From Planctomycetota bacterium (GTDB lineage: Bacteria > Planctomycetota > PLA2), in assembly GCA_036443405.1 (NCBI GenBank), contig JAZFYD010000249.1:1553-65552 (forward strand): DNA of 64,000 nucleotides, in the 5' to 3' direction. The notes beneath the pieces were generated by a model. The model made no database searches and was not told the DNA's origin. It saw only the letters and a list, made by a program, of their open reading frames with translations. Both the position numbers and the translations under genes were made by a program. The number at the start of each line of letters is the position of its first letter. Positions within the stretch are counted from its first letter, which is position 1. Of the stretch, positions 17,011-27,757 are shown in pieces.

Positions 17011-18675
17011 ATGCTCGAAACTCTCGACGGGTTCATACGTGGCAGTCCTGCCGCCTTGCTTTTCGCCGTGCTGGGTCTGGGAAGCCTGGTCGGCAGGGCA
17101 AACGTCCGTGGCATCGAGTTGGGCACGGTTTCGGGAGTGCTGTTCGTCGGCCTCGCCTTCGGTCATTTCGGGTACGAGTTCTCGTCGGCGGCACAAACGA
17201 TCGGATTCGTGCTGTTCATCTTTTCGGTGGGCCTGCAGGCCGGCCCGAGCTTCTTCAGCGTGTTGCGCCAGGATGGCCTCAGATACCTCGCGCTGGCCCT
17301 GGTCGTCGGGAGCACCGGCTTTCTTCTGGCATTGGGATTCGCGAAGGCTCTCGGACTCGCACCGGGCGCGGCCGCCGGCCTCCTCGCGGGTGGGCTGACC
17401 AGCTCGCCGACGCTGGCAGCGGCCCAAGACGCGGTGCGCGGCGGCAAGGTGCCCATCCCCGAGGGCTATGACGCCGATCAGCTGCTGACGAACATCTCGA
17501 CCGGGTACGCGATCACGTACATCTTCGGTCTCATCGGCCTCATCCTGATCATTCGCTTCCTGCCGCGCATCCTGGGCATCGATTTGGCCGCCGAGGCCGC
17601 AAAGCTCGAGGCCGGTCGCAAGGGCGGCGTCGAGGATCGCGTCTTCGGGCTCGCGGACATTCGGGCGCGGGCTTATCGCGTCACGGTCGACGAATACATC
17701 GGCAAGACGATCCGAGAGATGCACGCGCTGTTTCCGGGCAAGGGAACGATCGAGAAGCTCCGTCGCCGAGGCGAGATGATCGAACCGAGCCTCGAAACGA
17801 TGCTCGAGCGGGACGATGAGGTCTGTGTCGTCGGGCGCTTGGACGCGCTCATGTCCGCGCCGGTCGGCCCCGAGATCGCCGACCACGAGCTTCTCGACGT
17901 GCACATCGAGTCCTGCCGCGTCGTTGCGCTCCGATCCAAGGTCAAGGAGCTGACGTTCACGCCCGAGCAGGGGGTCCGGGAGTACGGTTGCTTCCTGTCG
18001 CGCATACAGCGACTGGGTGTCGACGTTCCGTTCGGAGAGACGATCTCCTTTCAGGCCGGTGACGTGCTGCACGTCACCGGGCCCGCTGCGCGTCTCAAAG
18101 CGCTGGGCGATACGATCGGCCACGTCGAGGGCGCCGCGGAACAGACCGACCTGACGACGTTCGCGATCGGGATTGCCTTGGGCTTGTTTGTCGGCACGCT
18201 CTCCGTGACGATCGGCGGCCTCTCCATCGGCCTCGGCTCGGCTGGCGGCCTGCTCACCGCGGGCCTGCTTATCGGATACCTGCGGGCGCTGCACCCGAGG
18301 TTCGGGCGCGTGCCCGGCGCGGCGCGGTGGATTTTCATGGAGCTTGGGCTCTTGATCTTCATGGCGGGCGTCGGGCTGCGCGCCGGTTCGGGGATCCTGG
18401 AGACGCTGGCCGAGACCGGGCCGAAGATGTTCCTGGCCGGCCTGGTCGTGACGGCGGTACCCGTCCTGGTGGGATATCTCTTCGGCTCGAAGTTCCTGAG
18501 GATCAACCCTGTGCTGTTGCTCGGCGCCATCACGGGCTCCATGACCAGCGGCGCTTCCTTGAGCATCGTCACGCGTGAAGCCAACAGTTCGATCCCCGCG
18601 CTCGGTTACACCGGCGCGTACGCGTTCGCGAACATCTTCTTGACGATCGCCGGTGGCGTAATCCTGCTGTTGTGA
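17011..18675 (+). CDS. YidE/YbjL-type transporter (AAE aspartate:alanine exchanger family) with a central TrkA-C/RCK_C pair
   Basis: N-terminus LLFAVLGLGSLVGRANVRGIELGTVSGVLFVGLAFG, with a duplicated membrane half (GLSIGLGSAGGLLTAGLLIG) separated by a soluble region of about 200 aa. Confidence 0.75.
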   Translation: MLETLDGFIRGSPAALLFAVLGLGSLVGRANVRGIELGTVSGVLFVGLAFGHFGYEFSSAAQTIGFVLFIFSVGLQAGPSFFSVLRQDGLRYLALALVVGSTGFLLALGFAKALGLAPGAAAGLLAGGLTSSPTLAAAQDAVRGGKVPIPEGYDADQLLTNISTGYAITYIFGLIGLILIIRFLPRILGIDLAAEAAKLEAGRKGGVEDRVFGLADIRARAYRVTVDEYIGKTIREMHALFPGKGTIEKLRRRGEMIEPSLETMLERDDEVCVVGRLDALMSAPVGPEIADHELLDVHIESCRVVALRSKVKELTFTPEQGVREYGCFLSRIQRLGVDVPFGETISFQAGDVLHVTGPAARLKALGDTIGHVEGAAEQTDLTTFAIGIALGLFVGTLSVTIGGLSIGLGSAGGLLTAGLLIGYLRALHPRFGRVPGAARWIFMELGLLIFMAGVGLRAGSGILETLAETGPKMFLAGLVVTAVPVLVGYLFGSKFLRINPVLLLGAITGSMTSGASLSIVTREANSSIPALGYTGAYAFANIFLTIAGGVILLL

Positions 18676-18751
18676 CTTTGTGGCGTCCGCTCGGGCTTTT
18701 CGACCTTGCGGGCGCTCTCCATTTCACCAATACTGCGCCCCAGATTCACGC

Positions 18752-19870
18752 GTGACCGAGCAGATCTCTTTTGCCCGGCCGGACAACGCAACGCTCGAGG
18801 TTCGGCTTGAGGGAAGCTGGCGCATGCGCGACGGCCTTCCCGATGCCGTCATCGTTACGGAGCAGATCGAGTCCGGGGCAACCCGACGACTGACGTTCGA
18901 CACCGGGAGCATCGCGGCCTGGGACAGTGCGCTCGTGTCCTTCCTGCTCAAAGTGCTCGTCGAGTGCGGCCGGCGCGACATTGAGGCGGACCAGAGTGGC
19001 TTCCCCGATGGCGTGCGGCGTCTCATCACGCTCGCCACCGCCGTTCCCGAGGCGGAGACACGCCCGGGGGAGGGCCACGGATCCCTGATTGCGCGTCTCG
19101 GCGTCAGGGTCATTCGTCTCGCCGCCGACGCCAAGGCGATGGTCACCTTCACGGGTGAGGTTGGGATCGCGATGGTCAGGCTGGCTCGGGGCAAGGCGCG
19201 TTTCCGGCGCTCCGATTTCACGCTGACGATCCAGGAGTGCGGCGCCCAGGCGCTGGGGATCGTCTCGTTGATCGGTTTCCTCATCGGCCTGATCCTGGGC
19301 TTCATCGGCGCGACGCAGCTCCAGAAGTTCGGCGCCGAGATCTACGTCGCCAACCTCGTCGGCATCGGCATGGCGCGCGAGATGGCAGCGGTGATGACGG
19401 CCATCATCATGGCGGGACGCACCGGCGCCGCGTTCGCCGCCCAGCTCGGGACGATGACCGTGAACGAGGAGATCGATGCGCTCAAATCGCTGGCGATTTC
19501 GCCCATGGAGTTCCTCGTCCTGCCGCGCATGATGGCGTTGGCCCTCATGATGCCGCTGCTCTGTCTCTACGCCATCGTCCTCGGGGCCCTGGGGGGTGCG
19601 CTCGTGGCGAGCATGCTCGGCATCAGTCTCACGATCTACTTCCAGCAGCTCATCGACTCGGTCACGGTCACCGACGTGGCGGTCGGTGTCGTCAAGGCCT
19701 CCGTTTTCGGCGTCATCGTCGCGTTCGCCGGTTGCCTACGCGGCATGCAGTGCGGCCGAAGCGCCGCCTCGGTTGGAGCCGCGACGACGTCGGCGGTTGT
19801 GACCAGCATCGTCCTGGTCATCTGCTCGGACGCGGCGATCAACGTGATCTTGACGGTGTTGGGTATCTAG
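18752..19870 (+). CDS. mlaE: MlaE-family ABC permease with an N-terminal STAS-like domain
   Basis: Permease core GIVSLIGFLIGLILGFIGATQLQKFGAEIYVANLVGIGMAREMAAVMTAIIMAGRTGAAFAAQLGTMTVNEEIDAL. N-terminal ~110 aa is STAS-like (TLEVRLEGSW...LTFDTGSIAAWDSALVSFLL). Start is GTG 18752 or GTG 18680. Confidence 0.8.
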   Translation: MTEQISFARPDNATLEVRLEGSWRMRDGLPDAVIVTEQIESGATRRLTFDTGSIAAWDSALVSFLLKVLVECGRRDIEADQSGFPDGVRRLITLATAVPEAETRPGEGHGSLIARLGVRVIRLAADAKAMVTFTGEVGIAMVRLARGKARFRRSDFTLTIQECGAQALGIVSLIGFLIGLILGFIGATQLQKFGAEIYVANLVGIGMAREMAAVMTAIIMAGRTGAAFAAQLGTMTVNEEIDALKSLAISPMEFLVLPRMMALALMMPLLCLYAIVLGALGGALVASMLGISLTIYFQQLIDSVTVTDVAVGVVKASVFGVIVAFAGCLRGMQCGRSAASVGAATTSAVVTSIVLVICSDAAINVILTVLGI

Positions 19871-19872
19871 CC

Positions 19873-20628
19873 ATGAGGGAGCCGGAAGCACAGGTGACGG
19901 TGAAGGACCTGACGATGGCCTACGGCGACTTCGTCATCCAGCACGACCTGACGTTCGAGATCGCGCGCGGCGAAGTGTTCATCATCATGGGTGGGAGCGG
20001 CTGCGGGAAGAGCACGCTGATGCGCCATCTCGTCGGCCTAAAGGCGCCGGCGAAGGGACAGATCTTCTATGGCGACGAGAGCTTCTGGGAGGCGCCGGAG
20101 CCCGACCGTCTGCGCATGATGCAGCACTTCGGCGTCATGTACCAGAGCGGCGCGCTGTGGAGCTCCATGACGCTGGCGGAGAACGTGATGCTCCCTCTGG
20201 GGGAGTACACGGACCTGAAGCCCAAGGAGATGCGCGAGATTGCGTCGCTGAAGCTGGCTTTGGTCGGGTTGGCCGGGTTCGAGGATTTCTACCCGTCCGA
20301 GATCAGCGGGGGGATGCAGAAACGCGTGGGCGTCGCGCGCGCCATGGCGCTCGACCCGGAGATCCTCTATTTCGACGAGCCGTCGGCGGGCCTCGATCCG
20401 ATCAGCTCGCGCCGCCTGGACGACCTCATCCTGGAGCTTCGTGACAGCCTCGGCACGACGATGGTCGTCGTCACGCACGAGTTGGCGAGCATCTTCGGCA
20501 TCGCCGACAACTCGGTCTACTTGGATGTGGAGACGCGGACGATGATCGCGCAGGGGGATCCGAAGACGCTCCGCGACGAGAGCGACATTCCCATGGTCCG
20601 CACGTTTCTGACGCGCGGGGAGGAGTGA
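19873..20628 (+). CDS. mlaF: ABC transporter ATP-binding protein (MlaF-like)
   Basis: Walker A GGSGCGKST, signature SGGMQKRV, Walker B ILYFDEP. ATG lies 2 nt after the permease stop. Confidence 0.85.
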   Translation: MREPEAQVTVKDLTMAYGDFVIQHDLTFEIARGEVFIIMGGSGCGKSTLMRHLVGLKAPAKGQIFYGDESFWEAPEPDRLRMMQHFGVMYQSGALWSSMTLAENVMLPLGEYTDLKPKEMREIASLKLALVGLAGFEDFYPSEISGGMQKRVGVARAMALDPEILYFDEPSAGLDPISSRRLDDLILELRDSLGTTMVVVTHELASIFGIADNSVYLDVETRTMIAQGDPKTLRDESDIPMVRTFLTRGEE

Positions 20629-20631
20629 GAC

Positions 20632-21714
20632 ATGAGCAAGCAAGCCAATCCCACGTTGATCGGCGGTTTTGTCCTGGTGGCCTGCGCCTTGGCGATCGCG
20701 ATGATCGTCGCCTTCGGTGGCGGAGATTTCTTCAAGCAGCGGCGCCTGTGGGTCTCCTACTTCGATGAGTCCTTGAAGGGCCTGCGGATCGGGTCGAGCG
20801 TCCTCTTCAACGGGGTCAGGATCGGCGAGGTCGTCGACTTCGCGGTCATCTTCGACAAGGACAATCTCACCGGACGAACGCCCGTCTACTTCGAGGTCGA
20901 TACCAACAAGATCCAAGGCCTCGCGGAGATCGGCGAAGGCGAGGCGAGACGGAAAATAGAGGAGGTTCTCATTCACAAACGAGGGCTGCGGGCGACCCTA
21001 TCCGTCGAGAGCATGGTGACCGGGCAGCTTCAGGTCGAGCTGAACTTCTACGACCCAGAGAAGGTCGGGCCGCCGCGCCTTGTCGCGATCGAAGAGACGG
21101 TGCCCGAGATGCCGACGATTCAAACCGGTTTCATGAAGAAATTCGAAACCGTGGCGGACAGGCTCGACGTGGCTCTCGATGATCTCCACGTCTACATCAA
21201 CGACCACCTCACGCCGGCCACCGACAGGATCGGCCCCCTGCTCGACGAATACAGGGAATTCGGGGGCCGGCTCAACAAGCGCATCGGTCCTCTCGTCGAC
21301 AACGTTGAGGGGACATTCGCCGAGGCGAAGGCGACGTTCGCCGAGGCGACGGCGACGCTGACGCAGATCAAGGACACAGTCGAGCGCGCGGAGGGAAAGA
21401 TCGACGAGGCCGTCGCCTCGCTCGACGCAACGCTGGTGAGCTGGAAGAAGGTCGGGGATACCCTCGAGCCCGAGATCAAGCCTGTGAGCAAGCAAGTAGA
21501 GGAGGCGGTGGCCGAGGCAAAGGCGGCGCTCGTCGATGCGAAGCGTACGTTCGCCAACATCAAGGCGCTCACGGCGGAGGATTCGCGCACGGTCGTCGAA
21601 CTCAACCGTGCGTTGAAGGAGATCGGTGTCGCGGCCCGCGCCATCGGCGAGCTCGCCGACCAGTTGGAGCGGCATCCCGAAAGTGTGCTCGGCGGCAAGA
21701 AGGGGAAACACTGA
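20632..21714 (+). CDS. MCE/MlaD-family substrate-binding protein with a long C-terminal coiled coil
   Basis: N-terminal TM helix followed by an MCE fold (GLRIGSSVLFNGVRIGEVVDF). C-terminus contains repeated ...AKATFAEATATL... helices. Confidence 0.75.
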   Translation: MSKQANPTLIGGFVLVACALAIAMIVAFGGGDFFKQRRLWVSYFDESLKGLRIGSSVLFNGVRIGEVVDFAVIFDKDNLTGRTPVYFEVDTNKIQGLAEIGEGEARRKIEEVLIHKRGLRATLSVESMVTGQLQVELNFYDPEKVGPPRLVAIEETVPEMPTIQTGFMKKFETVADRLDVALDDLHVYINDHLTPATDRIGPLLDEYREFGGRLNKRIGPLVDNVEGTFAEAKATFAEATATLTQIKDTVERAEGKIDEAVASLDATLVSWKKVGDTLEPEIKPVSKQVEEAVAEAKAALVDAKRTFANIKALTAEDSRTVVELNRALKEIGVAARAIGELADQLERHPESVLGGKKGKH

Positions 21715-22310
21715 TGAAACGACTCACATTGGCGATTCTCTTGGCCGGTCTCGCGGGCTGCGGCAGTTCGAAGGCGTCCAGGTTCTACTACCTGAAACCG
21801 ATTCCGGAGGCAGAGCGGGCGACGCAGTCCCCCGAGGACGCGCCGGTGATCGGCGTCGGTCCGATCACGATTCCCCAACGCTTCGACCGGCCCAACATTC
21901 TGACGACGACGGGCACGCACGAGCTCCGGCTGGCAGAGTTTCACCGCTGGGCGGAGCCGATGGAGGAGAACCTCGCGAACGTGCTCGGCGAGAATCTCGC
22001 CGCGCTCATCGGGACCGATTGGATCTACTACCACCCGTGGAGATCGACGACCCACATCGATTACCAAGTCAGCGTGCGCTTGCTGCAGGTCAGCGGCACA
22101 CCCGGCGGAACGGTCACGCTGACCGCCCGCTGGACTATCTATGGAAACCAGAAGGTGCTTGTCAACCGGAAGTCCGTCTTCTCAAGGGAGACGGCCGCCC
22201 CCAAGGACAAGGAAGACCATCCCTATGAGGAGCTGATCGCGGAGTTCAACGAACTTGTCAACGACTTGAGCCGAGAGATCGCGGAAGCGATTCGACAACA
22301 AAGGGACTAG
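21714..22310 (+). CDS. ABC-transport auxiliary lipoprotein (PqiC/YmbA-like, DUF330-type)
   Basis: ATG overlaps the upstream TGA by 1 nt. Lipobox LLAGLAGC, then SRFYYLKP, typical of this family. Sits last in the Mla/Pqi-like operon. Confidence 0.65.
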   Translation: MKRLTLAILLAGLAGCGSSKASRFYYLKPIPEAERATQSPEDAPVIGVGPITIPQRFDRPNILTTTGTHELRLAEFHRWAEPMEENLANVLGENLAALIGTDWIYYHPWRSTTHIDYQVSVRLLQVSGTPGGTVTLTARWTIYGNQKVLVNRKSVFSRETAAPKDKEDHPYEELIAEFNELVNDLSREIAEAIRQQRD

Positions 22311-25300
22311 CCCCGGGCGCTCAGCACACGATCGATCTCTTCGAGCAGGGACTTCTGCTTCACCGGTTTGGCCAGGTACCCGTCCATCCCGGCGTCGAGA
22401 CACTTCTCGCGATCGCCCGTCATGGCGCTTGCGGTCATCGCGATGATCGGGACGTGCTCGGCGGTGTTGGTTTCCCGCCCGCGAATCGCGATCGTCGCCT
22501 GCAAGCCGTCCATCACGGGCATGTTGATGTCCATCAGGATGACGTCGTACGACGCGGTTCCCGACATGTCAACGGCCTCCCGCCCGTTCACGGCAACCTC
22601 AGCTCCGTGGCCTGCCTTTTCGATCGCGCGCAGCGCGAACCTGCGGTTCACCTCGTGATCTTCGACGAGGAGGATCCGCAGTACGCGCTCAGGCCTAGCC
22701 TGCTCCGGCCGCCGCGTCGCCGCGCGCCGCTCGATGGGTTTCGCACCCGAGAATACGCTTACGATCGTGTCGAGAAGCAGCGACTGCTTCACGGGCTTCA
22801 TGAGGTGCGCCGCGACCCCCATCTCGCGCCCGCGCCCGGCATCGCCGGCGTCCATCGCGGAGGTCAACAGGATCACGGGTATTTCCGCGTGAAGCGGATT
22901 TGACCGGACTCTCTGGAACAGCTCGAAACCGTCCATCTCCGGCATGTGGACGTCCGAGACGATTAGCTTGAATGGCTCACCGGCATTCGCGGCCCGATCC
23001 ACCGCCTCCAACGCGGCGGCCCCCGACGACGCCGTCTGTGGGACCAGGCGCCAGCGCTTCATCATCTCCTCGAGAATGCGGAGGTTCGTGGCATTGTCGT
23101 CGACGAGGAGCACCGGCAGGCCTTCGATCGATTCCACGGGCGTGTCGCCGGAGGCGGCGAATGTCTTGTCGCTGCGCCCGAAGACGGCCGTGAAGTGGAA
23201 GGTGGAGCCTTCGCCCTCCACGCTCTCCACCCAGAGCTTGCCACCCAAGAGCTGGCTGAGCTGCACGGAGATCGCCAGGCCCAGGCCCGTCCCTCCGAAG
23301 CGACGCGTCGTCGAGAGGTCGGCCTGCTCGAAGGGCCGCAGGATCGACTCGATCTTTTCGGCCGGAATGCCTATGCCGGTGTCGCGCACGGCGAAGTGAA
23401 GGCCGACGTCGTCGTCGTCGCGATCCTCTCTCCGGACGGTGACCGCGATCTCGCCCGCCTCCGTGAACTTGATGGCGTTGCCGACAAGGTTCACGAGGAC
23501 CTGACGCATGCGATAGATGTCCCCGAGGACGGCGTCCGGGATGTCGGGATCGAGCTCGTACACGAGCTCGAGGTGTTTGTCGTGAGCACGGTTCGCCAGC
23601 GTGTTGAGCGTGTCGGCAACCGCGTCGCGCAGCGCGAAGTCAATCGGATCGAGCCTAAGCTGACCCGCCTCGATCTTCGAGAAGTCGAGGATGTCGTTGA
23701 TCAGCGAAAGGAGTGCGTCGGCGGACGACTGAACCGTGCTCATGAAGTCGCGCTGCTCTGGGGTGAGTTCCGTATCGAGGGCGAGATCGGTCATGCCGAT
23801 GATCGCGTTCATCGGCGTCCGGATCTCGTGGCTCATGTTGGCAAGGAAGGAGCTCTTGGCCTGGTTTGCCTCGTCAGCCGCCTCGCGGGCGATCCGCAGC
23901 TCTTCGGCCGCCCGCTTGCGTTCAAAGACCCGACCGAGCTGCGCGCCCACGTGGCGCATGAGCCGGAGCAAGCCGTCATCCGGTGACATCTCGTCGTCGG
24001 TGAAGAACTCGAGAACGGCAATGGTGTCGGCGCCGATCCTGACGGGAAAGGCGAAGGCGCCCTTGACGGCGAGCTCACCGGCCATCCTGCGTGGAAAGTT
24101 CTCGTCCATCTGCACGTTGCTTATCCACGCGGGTTCACCCGATTCGAGAACCCGCCCGGGCAACCCCACGCCGATCCCGAAGTTGGTGCGCTCGGTGACG
24201 TCGCGAAAGACCCGGTAGCGCTGCGGTTCGGCCAGGTGCCAGATGGTGGTCGGCGCCAACTCACCCGCGTTGTCGGCAAGCGGAACATAGACATGACCGA
24301 CCGGCCAGCCCGTCATTTCACAGAGCAGGTCGATCACATGCTGAAGCGCTTCGTCAAACGAATCGGTCTCCGCGGCCATCTCCGCGCCGCGATGGAGGAG
24401 GTTGGCCTCCATGGACTGCCGCTGCAGCTCCGATGTCCTTGCCGCCACCTGCTCCTCGAGGCTGTCGCGGTGCGCCGCCAGCTCCCGGTTGGTCCGGGCG
24501 ATCACCCGCGCGCGGCGGCCGGCGGTCTGCGCGAGGTGGGCGACGAGCGCCAGCGCGATCGCGAGCAGGATTCCCACGATCAGCACGAGCGTCGCCAGGT
24601 TGCGGACGGAGGTGAGGTCCTCGTACTGCTCGCGCATCCGCGCGCCTTCCGCGGACAACGCTTGCCAGAGGCATACAGAGGCCGTCAGGACGCCGATCGC
24701 GATGGGGATCGGCATCCACCTGGGGATCCAGGACTCGGCCAGGTCGTCGCGCTGCCAGACGCGGGCCAGCAGCCCGCCGCTAACGAGGATGAACCCAATC
24801 GAGGTGTGAACGGCCATCCGTGTCAGGTTGCCCCACCCGTACGCCGTCTCGAGATGCGTGAAGTACCCCGCCAGGGCGACCGCACCCAACCCGAACGCCA
24901 ACGAAGCGAGGATCACGCGAAACAACCGCGCCCTTCCCTCCGACCCGCGCCGCGAGCGAAGCGCAAGGGCGAGGCCGACCAGCGTGAAGCACACCGCCGT
25001 GTTCGGTGCCATACGCCCGGGGTGAGACGTCTCGACGGTGATGTCGTGCTTCATGAGCAGCTCGTCGATGCCGAGGCTGATGCCCCCTACGTACTGCACC
25101 AGCGTCAGGCCGCCGACGAGCGTGGCGAGCGCCCCGGCCGCGCCCGCTGTGCGTTTCTTCCAAAACAGGTGCAGGAGAAGACCGCTGCCGCAGAACACGA
25201 ATCCGAGCGCGGTGTTGTATTGCATCGGGACGAACTGGGGCAGGACCTGGATGAGCGTACGGTTGCCGACATGCCACCCCACGATGACGGTCAGGCCGAG

Positions 25301-25381
25301 CGCCGTCGTCACCAACCCGAGGAGGAGGCTGCTGCACATGAGCACGCGCTTGAGCGTCGAAGAGGCGGAGAGATCAGCCAT
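22307..25381 (-). CDS. Hybrid sensor histidine kinase: multi-TM sensor, GAF, HisKA, HATPase_c and two receiver domains
   Basis: Start MADLSASS (ATG 25381) overlaps the upstream stop by 8 nt. About 8 TM helices with repeated M-x-x-NTA-x-x-F motifs. H-box [15 protein letters not shown], then N, G1 and G2 boxes (GTGLGL). Two REC domains ([18 protein letters not shown]). Confidence 0.85.
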   Translation of the reverse strand: MADLSASSTLKRVLMCSSLLLGLVTTALGLTVIVGWHVGNRTLIQVLPQFVPMQYNTALGFVFCGSGLLLHLFWKKRTAGAAGALATLVGGLTLVQYVGGISLGIDELLMKHDITVETSHPGRMAPNTAVCFTLVGLALALRSRRGSEGRARLFRVILASLAFGLGAVALAGYFTHLETAYGWGNLTRMAVHTSIGFILVSGGLLARVWQRDDLAESWIPRWMPIPIAIGVLTASVCLWQALSAEGARMREQYEDLTSVRNLATLVLIVGILLAIALALVAHLAQTAGRRARVIARTNRELAAHRDSLEEQVAARTSELQRQSMEANLLHRGAEMAAETDSFDEALQHVIDLLCEMTGWPVGHVYVPLADNAGELAPTTIWHLAEPQRYRVFRDVTERTNFGIGVGLPGRVLESGEPAWISNVQMDENFPRRMAGELAVKGAFAFPVRIGADTIAVLEFFTDDEMSPDDGLLRLMRHVGAQLGRVFERKRAAEELRIAREAADEANQAKSSFLANMSHEIRTPMNAIIGMTDLALDTELTPEQRDFMSTVQSSADALLSLINDILDFSKIEAGQLRLDPIDFALRDAVADTLNTLANRAHDKHLELVYELDPDIPDAVLGDIYRMRQVLVNLVGNAIKFTEAGEIAVTVRREDRDDDDVGLHFAVRDTGIGIPAEKIESILRPFEQADLSTTRRFGGTGLGLAISVQLSQLLGGKLWVESVEGEGSTFHFTAVFGRSDKTFAASGDTPVESIEGLPVLLVDDNATNLRILEEMMKRWRLVPQTASSGAAALEAVDRAANAGEPFKLIVSDVHMPEMDGFELFQRVRSNPLHAEIPVILLTSAMDAGDAGRGREMGVAAHLMKPVKQSLLLDTIVSVFSGAKPIERRAATRRPEQARPERVLRILLVEDHEVNRRFALRAIEKAGHGAEVAVNGREAVDMSGTASYDVILMDINMPVMDGLQATIAIRGRETNTAEHVPIIAMTASAMTGDREKCLDAGMDGYLAKPVKQKSLLEEIDRVLSARG

Positions 25382-26588
25382 GTGCAGCTCGGTCGTCCGG
25401 CCCTCGCCATTCGATCCCGACGAGTGACAGGTCGTCATCGAAGCTGTTCCGATCGGCCCACTTCGAGAGGTCCGCGACGACGGAGTCGATGCTCTCCTGC
25501 AGGGTCCGGCCCCGCGCCGCCGCCAACGTGCGACAGAGCCGGTCCTTACCGAACAGTCCGGCATCGGCGGCCCCCTGCTCGATGATCCCATCCGAGTAGA
25601 AATAGACTCGGTCGCCGGGGCACAGCTCGACGGAGGTGTTCTCGTAGTGCGGGTCTGGCTCGACGCCGATCATGAGCGCGGGCGATTCCATCGCCTCGGT
25701 CTCGCCGTTGCGCGTGACGCGAATCGGGCCCGGGTGGCCGGCGCAGCAGAACGTCAGCCGGCCGGTCTCGAGGTCGAGGAGGGAGTAGATCATTGTGAAG
25801 AACCGGTTCCCGTTCGCCTCGAACGGGAATCGCTCGTTCAGCCTCATCGCCACGTCCGCGGGAGTCCCGAACCGTCCGAAGCCGCAATCGCCGCGCGAGC
25901 TGTTGATCAGGGACGACGGATCGTCCGTCAGTTGCAGGCCCCGGGCGATCGCGACGGAGAGCAGCGCCGCAGGGACGCCGTGTCCGCTCACGTCGAGCAC
26001 GTACGCGCACAGGAGCCGCTCGTCAAGCGCGAGCACGTTCAGCGCGTCGCCCGCGAGCTCGTCGCACGGTTGGTAGCGCCAAGCGCTGGTGACGAAAGGC
26101 AGATCCGCCATTTGGTCCGGAAGGATCGACTGCTGCACGCGGGCGGCGGCGTCGAGATCACTCTTCATCCGCTTGTTCGCAGATTCGAGCGACCGATTCT
26201 GCTCCGCCAGCGCGCGCTCGAGCTGGATAACCCGCTCTCCGGCCCGTAGACGCACGCGTAGCTCGTTCTTCTCGAAGGGCTTGGTCACGAAGTCGTCGGC
26301 GCCCGTATCCATGCCCTTGACGAGATCGTCCTTGTCGGCGCGGGCGGTCAGCATGATCAGGTACACGTACCCGGGCCGGTCGTGATCACGGACGCGCCGC
26401 ATCAGTTCGAGCCCATCGACGTTGGGCATCTCCCAGTCGCTGATCACGACGTCGAAGGGCTCTTGCGTGTACAGGTCCCAGGCCCGCGCGCCGTCCTCGG
26501 CCGCCGCGACATCGTGTCCCCAGGACTCGAGCTGGCGCTGCAGCGACCGCCGCGTGAGCCGCTCGTCTTCGGCGAGCAAGATCCTCAT
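25374..26588 (-). CDS. Response regulator with a PP2C/SpoIIE-type serine phosphatase output domain
   Basis: REC domain MRILLAEDE...[16 protein letters not shown]...KPF. C-terminal SpoIIE/RsbU-like domain (GDALNVL...[11 protein letters not shown]...YSDGI). Confidence 0.8.
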   Translation of the reverse strand: MRILLAEDERLTRRSLQRQLESWGHDVAAAEDGARAWDLYTQEPFDVVISDWEMPNVDGLELMRRVRDHDRPGYVYLIMLTARADKDDLVKGMDTGADDFVTKPFEKNELRVRLRAGERVIQLERALAEQNRSLESANKRMKSDLDAAARVQQSILPDQMADLPFVTSAWRYQPCDELAGDALNVLALDERLLCAYVLDVSGHGVPAALLSVAIARGLQLTDDPSSLINSSRGDCGFGRFGTPADVAMRLNERFPFEANGNRFFTMIYSLLDLETGRLTFCCAGHPGPIRVTRNGETEAMESPALMIGVEPDPHYENTSVELCPGDRVYFYSDGIIEQGAADAGLFGKDRLCRTLAAARGRTLQESIDSVVADLSKWADRNSFDDDLSLVGIEWRGPDDRAAHG

Positions 26589-26962
26589 TTCTGCAGATCC
26601 GTGATGAACTCCCGCAACGACTTCATGAGGAGGCTGGCCTCCGCGTCGAGCGACGAGATGGCGGCGTCGAGGCCCTCGGTTACGCCATCACGGCCGAGGG
26701 CCTCGACTCGCCTGGCAGCCTCCGCGGCGGAGTCGGCACAGAAGTTCGACACCAGCCCCTTGAAGGTGTGAGCCGCCCTCGCGACGCGTTCGCTGTCATT
26801 CGCGGACGCCGAGTCCCGGATCTCGCGCAGGAGCGGCGGACCGTCCTCGTCCAGCAACGCCACCGACTCCGCGAGGAACTCGGTGTCGCCGTCGACGCGA
26901 TCGATCAGGGCATCCCTATCGAAAGGCTGTGAAATGACGTGCCCTCCAGCGCTCCGGTTCAC
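26585..26962 (-). CDS. Hpt (histidine phosphotransfer) domain protein
   Basis: AAHTFKGLVSNF contains the HxxKG phosphotransfer motif. Its stop overlaps the downstream ATG (ATGA). Confidence 0.75.
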   Translation of the reverse strand: MNRSAGGHVISQPFDRDALIDRVDGDTEFLAESVALLDEDGPPLLREIRDSASANDSERVARAAHTFKGLVSNFCADSAAEAARRVEALGRDGVTEGLDAAISSLDAEASLLMKSLREFITDLQK

Positions 26963-27076
26963 GCGAGTCCATCACCTGCTGAGGATTGACCTGCCTCACG
27001 TTTTCAGTACCAAGTCCCATGTTAGCCAAACCGTTGTTTACCTTTCCTCTGCTCCCGCGTAACGGTGATGTCGACG

Positions 27077-27754
27077 CTAGTCTGGCTTGCTCGACTGCGC
27101 GATCTGCTTGCCAACCAGCATGGCGATGAGCACGACCATGATGACTTGTCCCAGGAGCGCCTCTACGACCGCGCACATGCGTGCGACGTCCGAATGAGGC
27201 ACGATGTCTCCGTAGCCGAGCGTGAACAGCGTGACGAAGCTGAAGTAGACCGTCTGCACGGTTGTCCGAGTGCTGGACGCGTCCATCATCAGGAGGCCGC
27301 GCTCGCCTTGGATGATGAACGCTTGATGGTCGGTGAGACCAATGAGCCCGTAGACGTAGCACCAGAAAATGCCGAGCAGCAGGTACAAACAAAGCGCTCC
27401 GGACACCACATTCGGCGACACTTGTTTTTGAGCGAAGATGTGCTTCAGGACAACAACGCAGAAATATCCGTGGTACCCCGCGGCGACCAGATGAGCGAGC
27501 ACTAGCACCGACGGGTCGCCCGGGATCAGGTTCGGTAACCAGATCAGGCCCACGGCCGGGGCCGCGATCAGCAACGCGAGTCTTCGCCGCCGGCTCAACG
27601 ACACGACGCCGGTCAGCAGAACCGCCGTGACAGTGACTTTCATCACGGCCGCCTCGATCGAACCCTGCTCCTTGCCCAACGGTATTCCAAGCAGCAGCGC
27701 GATCAGCGCGCCCAGGAGCACTCCGAAGCGGACCGGCTTACTTCGAGAGGGCAT
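27077..27754 (-). CDS. Potassium channel (pore-loop cation channel)
   Basis: Selectivity filter TLFTLGYGD preceded by a pore helix. Four or more TM helices upstream. ATG lies 3 nt after the OMF stop. Confidence 0.8.
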   Translation of the reverse strand: MPSRSKPVRFGVLLGALIALLLGIPLGKEQGSIEAAVMKVTVTAVLLTGVVSLSRRRRLALLIAAPAVGLIWLPNLIPGDPSVLVLAHLVAAGYHGYFCVVVLKHIFAQKQVSPNVVSGALCLYLLLGIFWCYVYGLIGLTDHQAFIIQGERGLLMMDASSTRTTVQTVYFSFVTLFTLGYGDIVPHSDVARMCAVVEALLGQVIMVVLIAMLVGKQIAQSSKPD

Positions 27755-27757
27755 TCT

